NCBI GenBank assembly: GCA_040882565.1
Contig: JBBEAZ010000024.1
Span: forward strand, 301,137-365,136
From: Dehalococcoidia bacterium
GTDB taxonomy: Bacteria; Chloroflexota; Dehalococcoidia; SM23-28-2; RBG-16-64-32
Length of the DNA stretch: 64,000 nt
Reading direction: 5' to 3'
This document shows, one piece after another, positions 9,957 through 17,267 of this stretch (the first letter of the stretch is position 1; each line of letters begins with the position of its first letter). The notes beneath the pieces are model-generated. The model saw only the letters and a list, made by a program, of their open reading frames with translations. It was not told the origin of the DNA and did no database searches. Position numbers and translations under genes: made by a program.

Positions 9957-9985
9957 ATTGTATCTGGAACAGGCGCGGCAGTCAA
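9957..9985 (-). promoter_or_regulatory. candidate sigma70-like promoter for dnaJ operon (TTGACT, 17 nt, TACAAT); implies leaderless or very short-leader mRNA
   Basis: On the minus strand TTGACT-17-TACAAT ends about 10 nt before the dnaJ ATG, with no SD in between. Confidence 0.3.
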
Positions 9986-10201
9986 CGCTAGGTGCAATAA
10001 AGTTGACACGATCATTGTCAGTGATATTGATATGCGGAATCGTCCCAATGGGAGGCCTTAGCCGCAGGGCTTCCGGCCCTGCCTCAAATCACAAATACGC
10101 GGGACCACTCCCGGGCCATCCACTCCCAGAACGTTGATTGAGTATAATTTCGCCTGCAGGCTGCAACCGCGAGTCGGAACTAGAGGAAGGAGCGATGTGA
10201 G

Positions 10202-10486
10202 ATGTACGCAGTCGTTGGGCAAGTAAAAGTCGACGCTAGCCGCGAGGACGAGGCGCGGAAGGCGCTGGGCGAGATCGTCGTACCACAAGCGAAGTCTTTA
10301 TCTGGTTTCGCCGGCGGCACCTGGCTTCGCGCCGCGCAAGACGACCGTGGGATATCCGTCCTGCTCTTCGAATCAGAGGAAGACGCTCGTGCCGCCGTCG
10401 AACGCATGCGATCACAGGGCCCTCCGCCCGGCACGCCAGCAACGTTTGTCTCTGCTGACCTCTTCGAGGTCGTCGCACAGGCGTAG
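10202..10486 (+). CDS. small ABM-like (antibiotic biosynthesis monooxygenase / Dabb fold) protein
   Basis: 94 aa, GGAAGGAG RBS, alpha+beta barrel-like pattern; weak family assignment. Confidence 0.45.
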   Translation: MYAVVGQVKVDASREDEARKALGEIVVPQAKSLSGFAGGTWLRAAQDDRGISVLLFESEEDARAAVERMRSQGPPPGTPATFVSADLFEVVAQA

Positions 10487-10510
10487 CTGCCCGACGTACC
10501 TTCAGCCGGC

Positions 10511-10592
10511 ATGGTGCAGCGCTCACGCTGCCGGGGGGCTTGGGGGGTGTCCCCCAATCCTCATTTTTCGGGAGGGATGGGGGGTGGGGCGC
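10511..10592 (+). repeat. interspersed structured repeat, copy B
   Basis: GGTGCAGCGCTCACGCTGCCGGGGGGCTTGGGGGGTGTCCCCCAA; hairpin 2 carries compensatory changes (TTGGGGG/CCCCCAA). Confidence 0.8.
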
Positions 10593-10598
10593 ACGCGC

Positions 10599-10994
10599 CT
10601 AGGCGGGCCGGTCCACCCACTCCGCCTCGGGCCCGAGCGCACGCCCACCGATGCAGTGCAGGTGGAAGTGGAACTCCGTCTGGTTGCCGTCCGGCCCGGT
10701 ATTCGTCAACAGGCGAAAGCCGGACTCAGCGACACCCAACTGACGCGCCAGCGCGCCCACCACCGTGAACAACCGCCCAGCCAGCGGCGCGTCCGCTTCC
10801 GTCAGCTCCAGCGCATCGCGGATGTGCCGGCGCGGGATCACAATGAAGTGCACGGGCGCACGCTTGTTCGGGTGGCTGTCCGGAATGTCGATCGCGACCA
10901 CCAGGTCATCTTCGTGTAGAAGCGTCGCGCTCGTGCCGCCGGCTGCGATCCGGCAGAACAGGCAGCCGTCGTCAGATACTTCCGGCGGTGGCAA
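10599..10994 (-). CDS. HIT-family (histidine triad) nucleotide hydrolase
   Basis: CLFCRI N-terminal motif and HFHLH histidine triad. Confidence 0.85.
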   Translation of the reverse strand: MPPPEVSDDGCLFCRIAAGGTSATLLHEDDLVVAIDIPDSHPNKRAPVHFIVIPRRHIRDALELTEADAPLAGRLFTVVGALARQLGVAESGFRLLTNTGPDGNQTEFHFHLHCIGGRALGPEAEWVDRPA

Positions 10995-11538
10995 TCTGAT
11001 AGCCGATGGCGTCGAGCCGCGGCGTCAGCACGCCCCGCTGGCTAAGAATGCTCACGATGTGCGCCCGGTGCTCCGTCGCGTGGTTGATCGCTTGCGTGAA
11101 CATGACAGAGGCCGGGATGTCGTACGGCTGGCCGCGCCATTCGCCGGTCAACCGCTGCGAGTCCGGAGTGCTCTCAGCAAGGCTGATCAGCGCCTCGCCA
11201 CTGGCGACCGACCGTTCGCGCAACGTCGGGAAGCCCGGGAACGGCTGACCTTCGTTCAGCGCGGGCTCGGGCCGATCGCCGGGGAACGTGACAACATAGC
11301 GGCCTTCCGAGGACAACAGGTGCTGAAATGTATCGCGCACCGCTCCGTAGGTGCCCGGCGCCGACGCGGAAAGGTGCTCTTCGTCTAAGGATGCGCAGAC
11401 ATCGAGCAACCGCAGATTCGCCCAGAGGTTGTGCCAAAAGAGATCGGCGAGAATCTGGCTCACGTCAGGCGGCCGGCGGCGCTGTGCCCCAGAAGCCGAC
11501 GATGCTCTCAAGCCGCCCATCCCCGGCAAGGAGACCAA
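10972..11538 (-). CDS. DinB/YfiT-like (DinB_2) metal-dependent four-helix-bundle protein; start uncertain, possibly GTG near 11463
   Basis: WHNLWANLRLL..HATEHRAHI pattern typical of the DinB_2 / mycothiol maleylpyruvate isomerase N-terminal-like family. Confidence 0.65.
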   Translation of the reverse strand: MVSLPGMGGLRASSASGAQRRRPPDVSQILADLFWHNLWANLRLLDVCASLDEEHLSASAPGTYGAVRDTFQHLLSSEGRYVVTFPGDRPEPALNEGQPFPGFPTLRERSVASGEALISLAESTPDSQRLTGEWRGQPYDIPASVMFTQAINHATEHRAHIVSILSQRGVLTPRLDAIGYQIATAGSI

Positions 11539-11824
11539 CGTCGATGCCTTCCATCGGCGTTGGCGCGCCGTCTAGCTTCCAGCCGAAGCGGATGCGGCCG
11601 TGGTGTTCATCGATCGCGCTGCTCAGAGCGATGCTCGCGCCCGGCATCTGCTGCTGAAAGCCGGCGATGAGACCGGCAAGCGCCTCGCGCCCTGCCACAT
11701 CGGACATCGGGTCCGTGTAAGTGCCGCTGTCGGCCCAGCAGCGCTCCAGGATCTGCTGACGCTTCGCCTCGTCCGTTTCATTCCACGCTGAGAGATAGGC
11801 TTCGACTGTTTCCTTGGTCGCCAT
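11465..11824 (-). CDS. SnoaL/NTF2-like small protein (ORF track 11465..11953, trimmed to MATKETVEAYL)
   Basis: about 120 aa with NTF2-like pattern (AYLSAWNETD..RIRFGWKLDG). Confidence 0.5.
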   Translation of the reverse strand: MATKETVEAYLSAWNETDEAKRQQILERCWADSGTYTDPMSDVAGREALAGLIAGFQQQMPGASIALSSAIDEHHGRIRFGWKLDGAPTPMEGIDVGLLAGDGRLESIVGFWGTAPPAA

Positions 11825-11894
11825 TTTGGGCCTCCTTCTTTTCGCGGCGCCATCATAGCAGACCGCCACGCCGTTTCGTATACTGGCGCTCGCT

Positions 11895-12707
11895 ATGGCC
11901 GAACTCGAAGGAAAAGTCGCAGTCGTCACCGGCGCCGGCCGCCACAAGGGCATCGGCCGTTACATCGCGCACTCGCTGGCGAAGGCCGGCGCGGACGTCG
12001 TCATCACCGGCTCGGGCCGGTCGCCAGACACCTTCCCCGACGCCGAGAAGGAGATCGGCTGGCGAGACGTCGACTCGGTCGCTGAAGAGATCCGCGCGAT
12101 GGGTCGCAAGGCTCTGCCGCTGATCACCGACATGACCAACGGCGACGACTGCCAGCGCCTGGCCGACGAAACCAAGCGCGAGTTCGGGCGCGTCGACATC
12201 CTCGTCAACAACGCCGCGGCCGGCCGCGGGAGCGACCGCGTCCCGGTGATCAACCTTGAAGAAAGCGAGTGGCGCCGCGTCCTCGACCTGAACCTGACGG
12301 GCACCTTCCTCGTCACGAAATCTGTCGGCGCGCAAATGGTCGCGCAGGGCGATGGCGGCCGCATCATCAACATCAGCTCGATCCTCGGCCGCCAGGGCAT
12401 GATCACGTCCTCCGCCTACAGCGCCAGCAAAGCCGGGGTCCTCCTCCTGACGCAGGTCCTGGCGCTGGAGATGGCGCCGCACAAGATCAACGTCAACGCC
12501 GTCTGCCCCGGTCTCATCGGCACCTCGCGCATGGACGACGTCACCGCGCCGGGCCCGATCCGCGACATGGTTATGCGCACGACGCCCTTGGGCCGCGAAG
12601 GCTATCCGGAGGAAGTCGGCGAGCTGGTCTCCTTCCTCGCCGGCCCCGGCGGCGCATACATCACCGGCCAGACGATCAACATCGATGGCGGCCGGGTGAT
12701 GAGCTAG
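11895..12707 (+). CDS. SDR-family oxidoreductase
   Basis: TGAGRHKGIG glycine motif, NNAA, catalytic YSASK. Confidence 0.85.
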   Translation: MAELEGKVAVVTGAGRHKGIGRYIAHSLAKAGADVVITGSGRSPDTFPDAEKEIGWRDVDSVAEEIRAMGRKALPLITDMTNGDDCQRLADETKREFGRVDILVNNAAAGRGSDRVPVINLEESEWRRVLDLNLTGTFLVTKSVGAQMVAQGDGGRIINISSILGRQGMITSSAYSASKAGVLLLTQVLALEMAPHKINVNAVCPGLIGTSRMDDVTAPGPIRDMVMRTTPLGREGYPEEVGELVSFLAGPGGAYITGQTINIDGGRVMS

Positions 12708-12721
12708 CGCTGGAACAAGGA

Positions 12722-12982
12722 CCGACCTCTCCCGCCAACCGCCGCTACGCCTGCGCTAAAGGCGAGATCGAGATCGCCGTCGCGAACGCTGACCAATGGC
12801 ACGCCCTCGCCGTCTGCCTCGGGCGCCCGGAACTCGCATACGAAGGCGCCTGGGACGCCGCACGCATCGCGCCGCCCGACGGCCCGTTGGCCGCCGTAGT
12901 CGCCGAAATGTTCGCGGAAGATACCGCCGAGCGTTGGCGCGAGCGCCTGCAGGCACACAGTGTGCCCTGCGTCACAGTCTAG
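12722..12982 (+). pseudogene. remnant of a family III CoA-transferase (CaiB/BaiF) gene, internal fragment without start codon
   Basis: Translation RRYACAKGEIEIAVANADQWHALAVCLGRPELA..TAERWRERLQAHSVPCVTV matches the conserved mid-region of CaiB/BaiF enzymes; no N-terminal or C-terminal part and no start. Confidence 0.5.
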
Positions 12983-13019
12983 CCACGCCCACTGCGAGAG
13001 AATGCGATGCGAGCACGCT

Positions 13020-13667
13020 ATGTGGGGATCAGGCGACATCGAGACGCGCGATTACGACCTGAGGGGGTTCCTTGCAGTTTGCGCGTCCAGCTTCAAGATA
13101 GAGGTCATTCAGTCGGACACGTTCGCCGTGACCGTGCACGCCGACAGGGATCTGTTCAACGGGCTCGACGTGCGGAAATCCGGCACGACGCTGCACCTGC
13201 ACAAGAAGCGCTTCCATTGGGACATCGGTCACGAGAGGCCGGAGGCGACGATACACATGCCGGCGATCGAGTCGGTCGAACTGAGTGGAGCCACTTCCGT
13301 CCGCATGCGCGACTTCCGCGGTATCGACCGCCTCAACATCAAGCTGACCGGCGCATCGGAACTCACAGCCCACCTCGACGCGGAGGCGATTGACGCGGAG
13401 GCCACGGGAGCAAGCCGGTTGAATCTGGACGGCTCCGCGACGCGCGTCATGTTGGACGCGTCGGGAGCGAGCAAGCTGGACCTCACCGGGCTGGTCGCCA
13501 CCAACGGCTCCGTTGAGCTGTCCGGCGCGAGCAGCGCAACCGTGAACTTCACTGAAGCCATCGACTTCGTCGAAGCGAGCGGGGCGTCGCATCTGCGCTA
13601 CCTCGGCGATCCGAAGATCGGGCAGTTCGAATCGTCCGGGGCCTCACGAGTGGCCCGCGTCGCGTAG
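13020..13667 (+). CDS. DUF2807/DUF4097-like putative adhesin (beta-helix repeat) protein
   Basis: Repeated about 20-aa units with xSGAS..L.L.G pattern (ELSGATSV, LTGASELT, ATGASRLNL, ASGASKLDL, LSGASSATV, ASGASHLRY). Confidence 0.6.
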   Translation: MWGSGDIETRDYDLRGFLAVCASSFKIEVIQSDTFAVTVHADRDLFNGLDVRKSGTTLHLHKKRFHWDIGHERPEATIHMPAIESVELSGATSVRMRDFRGIDRLNIKLTGASELTAHLDAEAIDAEATGASRLNLDGSATRVMLDASGASKLDLTGLVATNGSVELSGASSATVNFTEAIDFVEASGASHLRYLGDPKIGQFESSGASRVARVA

Positions 13668-13736
13668 CGCTCGCCTCGAATCTGGGCCTACGCCCGCGTA
13701 GAATAGCCCTCGCATCACAACGAACTGAGGCTACCC

Positions 13737-14897
13737 ATGGACTACGAACTCTCCGACGCCCACAAGCTCATCCGCGAAACCGCACGCCGCATCGCCCGCG
13801 AGAAGGTCGCACCGCGTGCCGCCGAGCTCGACGAGAGCGGCGAATACCCCGAAGACATCTTCCGGGTGTTCGCCGACGCCGGCCTGCTCGGCCTCACGAT
13901 CCCGGAGGCGTACGGCGGCTCCGGCGCCGGCTTTCTGGCGCTCGCCCTCGCCGTGGAGGAGACCGCCAAGCACGACAACGCCTGCTCGCTGATCCTCCTC
14001 CTATCCGCGCTCTCCACGCAGCCGATCAACCTCGGCTCCTCGGAGGAGCAGAAGCGCGAGTGGCTCTCGAAGTCCGCGACCGGCGCGATCAAGGGCGCGT
14101 TCTGCCTGACGGAGCCGAACACCGGCTCCGACGCCGCTGCGCTCGAGTCGAAGGCGCGGCGTGACGGCGACGACTACGTCATTAACGGCGAGAAGGTCTA
14201 CATCAGCGGCGGCAACGTCGCCGACTTCGTCGCCTTCTTCGCCAAGACCGCCGACAACGGCTCATCGGCGATCAGCGGCTTCATCGTGCCGACCGACTCA
14301 CCCGGCTTCTCGGTGCCCCGCTGCGACCGCAAGATGGGCGTGATCGGAGTGCCGACCGCGAACATACTCCTGCAGGACTGCCGCGTCCCCGCCGGCCTGC
14401 GCATCGGCGAGGAGAATCGCGGATTCAAAACCGCGATGCTCACTCTGAACACCTGTCGCCCGGTCGTCGGCGCGCGTGGCCTCGGCCTGGCGGAAGGTGC
14501 GATCGCTTACGCCCTGGACTACGCCCGCGAGCGCATGACCTTCGGACTGCCGCTCGTCAACCACCAGGCGATCCAGTTCATGCTCGCCGACGCCGCGATC
14601 GCCATCGAAGGCTCGCGCCACCTCGTCTACCATGCCGCCTCACTGGTCGACGAGGGCAAGTACGACCGCGAGTGGGCGCCTTACCTGTCGATCGCGAAGA
14701 CCTACGCGACGGAGACCGCGAACAAGGTCGCCTCAGACGCCATCCAGATCCTCGGCGCGCAGGGCTACATGAAAGACCACCCGCTCGAGCGCCACTTCCG
14801 CGACGCCCGCCAGCTGATGATCGTCGAAGGCACATCTCAGATTCAACGTCTCGTCATCGCCCGCGCCATGATCCAGGGTGAGCTGAACTACTGGTAA
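13737..14897 (+). CDS. acyl-CoA dehydrogenase
   Basis: 386 aa, full ACAD fold pattern (FCLTEPNTGSDAA, catalytic Glu region IVEGTSQIQ). Confidence 0.9.
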   Translation: MDYELSDAHKLIRETARRIAREKVAPRAAELDESGEYPEDIFRVFADAGLLGLTIPEAYGGSGAGFLALALAVEETAKHDNACSLILLLSALSTQPINLGSSEEQKREWLSKSATGAIKGAFCLTEPNTGSDAAALESKARRDGDDYVINGEKVYISGGNVADFVAFFAKTADNGSSAISGFIVPTDSPGFSVPRCDRKMGVIGVPTANILLQDCRVPAGLRIGEENRGFKTAMLTLNTCRPVVGARGLGLAEGAIAYALDYARERMTFGLPLVNHQAIQFMLADAAIAIEGSRHLVYHAASLVDEGKYDREWAPYLSIAKTYATETANKVASDAIQILGAQGYMKDHPLERHFRDARQLMIVEGTSQIQRLVIARAMIQGELNYW

Positions 14898-15202
14898 CGG
14901 CGCAGAGCACGGCGACTCGCCGAGTTAACACGCGCGCAACCACCCCATAGCACGCCCGTAAACTCTGCCCCGCAAAATGAAGCTCAGGATGAATCGTGGG
15001 TTGGACATGCCGCGTCCAGCCACATTCGTCCGATGCACACCTCCCTTTGGGCTGCCGGGACGAGGGGGTACTCCCTCGGTCCGGCCTGCCCATGTCTGTA
15101 ACAATCGCCAAATTGGCACGTCTCTACTGCCGATGTTCACACTTCCCAGCTTCGCTCCGCCCCCCAAGCCCAACACAACCAAACGCGTTACCCGCGAGGA
15201 GT

Positions 15203-15230
15203 TGACCCTGGCGGCCTATGTCCTTAGGAT
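15203..15230 (+). promoter_or_regulatory. candidate promoter TTGACC, 16 nt, TAGGAT inside a 540-bp intergenic region
   Basis: Good -35 with an acceptable -10; lies upstream of a possible 46-codon hydrophobic ORF. Confidence 0.25.
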
Positions 15231-15303
15231 GGTCTATGCCCTTTAGTGAAATTTGGCGCAATCGCTCTGAGGGGGCGATCGATGAGCGCCGCGGAGGTCT
15301 TTC

Positions 15304-15444
15304 TTGAGATTACTTGGTGCCTTGCTGTTCAGCTACGCCGCCCTCAATGCATACCTGCTGTTGAAGATCCGCCCATTGCCGATCTGCTTCATCCCCCGCT
15401 TCGCGAACGTTGACGAGCGCGAGCTGGACCGCCTCGCCGCTTAA
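15304..15444 (+). CDS. possible small hydrophobic peptide (46 codons, TTG start after GGAGG)
   Basis: GGAGG then 6 nt then TTG; translation LRLLGALLFSYAALNAYLLLKIRPLPICFIPRF...; not in ORF track (under 60 aa). Confidence 0.2.
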   Translation: MRLLGALLFSYAALNAYLLLKIRPLPICFIPRFANVDERELDRLAA

Positions 15445-16790
15445 CCTCCCGGGTCCAATTCCCACTCTGGCTCCACCTCAGGTGGCTTGATCGGCACGTC
15501 TTCGACCGGTCCGAAGCGCTTCGAGAACGTCAGATATCCCGCCGCCAACAGCGCGCTGAGCGCCGAGGCCAGCAGCGTCGCGCGGACGCCCACCACATCG
15601 GCCATCACACCCACCACCAGCAGCGGTATCAGCGAGAGGGCGTCGCCCAACGCCATCTGCATCGCGAAGATGCGTCCCTGCGCCTCTGGCGGCGCCTGCT
15701 CGTTCATCACCACCCTCGACGAGACGCTGAGGACTGTAAACGACAGGCCAAGCGGGATGGCCAGTAGCATCGTCACGGTGATGACCGAGGCGAGGCTGAA
15801 GTTGTCCTCCAGGAAGGAGATGCCGAAATCGAGGTTCTCGGTAATGAAGTCCCGCACGTAGACAACCAACCCCAGCGCGACGAGGCCGAGGACGAAAATG
15901 TAGAACGCCCCCGCCGCGACGCGCCAGGCCCCGAACAGCCTCGTGAAGATCGGGACAACCAGCAGCCCGATCCCGGCGCCGATCGCGGCCGGCGCGGCAA
16001 CGTAGACCGTATCCTCAGCCGCGATGTCGAGGACGTCCCGCGTGTACTTCGGCAAGAGGACGATTAGCATCCTTGATAGCGCCAGCCCCGTCGTCACGTA
16101 GACGACCGCAAGGTAGGCCTTGCGGTTTGTGCGCAGAATCCGGAAGCCCTCTTTCGTCGCCTCCATGAAGCCAATGCTCGGCCGCTTCTCGTCTTGTGCG
16201 CGCGTGAAGTCGGTCGCGAGCCAACCAACGATGTACGTCGCAACCAGATAGAGAGCGGCGGCGACGATGAAGACGGCGTCGGCGCTGACCAACTTGATCA
16301 GGATCGGCGCAATCACGACCATACCGGCGATCTGACCCAGCATCAGCACCAGCATCATCAGCGAGTTCGCCGTCGAGAGCTGGTCCGGGCGGACGATCGC
16401 GGGTACTGTCGCCGCCTCGGCAGGCCCGAAGAACTGGCCGATAGTCGAGTGGATGAGCACGATCACGTAGATGTAGAACAGGTCGCCGCTGTAGTAGAAA
16501 AGAGCGCCGGCCACGCCCGCCCTCGCGAGGTAGCCGAGCGTCAACGTGAACCGCCGTGGCAGGGCGTCCGCGATCGTCCCGCCGGGAATGCCAAGGACGA
16601 TCGCAGGAATCGTCAGGGCGACGATCAGCAGCGTGCTGTGTATCGCCGAACCGCTGTCCTTCACCAGAAGGATCAGCAGGGCGTAGATCATCGCGTTCTG
16701 CGCCGTCTGGCCGACGAGACGCGCCTCCAGCAAGCGCCGGAACTGGCTGTTCTTCAGCAGTTGGACGTCGTCTTCGAACTGGTAGTCCAT
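15441..16790 (-). CDS. MFS transporter (ORF track to 16874; start at MDYQFEDD)
   Basis: 12-14 predicted TM segments, MFS loop motifs. Confidence 0.8.
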   Translation of the reverse strand: MDYQFEDDVQLLKNSQFRRLLEARLVGQTAQNAMIYALLILLVKDSGSAIHSTLLIVALTIPAIVLGIPGGTIADALPRRFTLTLGYLARAGVAGALFYYSGDLFYIYVIVLIHSTIGQFFGPAEAATVPAIVRPDQLSTANSLMMLVLMLGQIAGMVVIAPILIKLVSADAVFIVAAALYLVATYIVGWLATDFTRAQDEKRPSIGFMEATKEGFRILRTNRKAYLAVVYVTTGLALSRMLIVLLPKYTRDVLDIAAEDTVYVAAPAAIGAGIGLLVVPIFTRLFGAWRVAAGAFYIFVLGLVALGLVVYVRDFITENLDFGISFLEDNFSLASVITVTMLLAIPLGLSFTVLSVSSRVVMNEQAPPEAQGRIFAMQMALGDALSLIPLLVVGVMADVVGVRATLLASALSALLAAGYLTFSKRFGPVEDVPIKPPEVEPEWELDPGG

Positions 16791-16898
16791 CGCAAAACGC
16801 CTGCATGAAATGTAGCACCCATCCGCGGTAGTGGCGTCCGCCGGGGCGGACCGCGCCCGCCCACGCCCGGTCATGCACGACCAGCGCGCTCACCCGAG

Positions 16899-17000
16899 CA
16901 CGAAGGTGCAGCGGAGCTGCTGCTGGGGGTTCGGGGGGTGTCCCCCGACCGAATAACATCTCGGGCCGGACGCCTGCCCGCCGTAGGCTGGGGTGGGCCG
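16899..17000 (+). repeat. interspersed structured repeat, copy C
   Basis: CACGAAGGTGCAGCGGAGCTGCTGCTGGGGGTTCGGGGGGTGTCCCCCGA plus AACATCTCGGGCC tail. Confidence 0.85.
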
Positions 17001-17079
17001 CACCACATCGCGCGGGGTCTACAAGTGGAGCCAAACGCCAAACCCATGGTACGTGCCACGTGCGCGCCTGAGCCCCCAG

Positions 17080-17180
17080 CGCGAAGGTGCAGCGGAGCCG
17101 CTGCCGGGGGTTCGGGGGGTGTCCCCCGACCAACCACCATCCCCTGGGGGGTGGGGGGGCGAACATCTCGGGGCCCGAAG
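17080..17180 (+). repeat. interspersed structured repeat, copy D (tandem with copy C, about 80 nt apart)
   Basis: GCGAAGGTGCAGCGGAGCCGCTGCCGGGGGTTCGGGGGGTGTCCCCCGA plus GGGGGGTGGGGGGG and AACATCTCGGGGCC. Confidence 0.85.
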
Positions 17181-17267
17181 TGGACCCCAAACTAACCGCG
17201 AACCGGAACCGCCCCGAAACCGTTTAACTCATGAACGCGCTGCTAAGATTTGATGGACAGGTTCCCG

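Noticed and set aside
9947-10200. Canonical HAIR (CTTGAGT-N7-ACTCAAG) or CIRCE operator upstream of dnaJ
   Set aside because: Searched both strands by eye; only an ACTCAA half-site and an unrelated TGACA-N7-TGTCA repeat are present
16015-17190. 391-aa minus-strand ORF spanning the MFS N-terminus and both repeat copies
   Set aside because: Created by read-through of the GC-rich repeat elements; overlaps the genuine MFS gene out of frame
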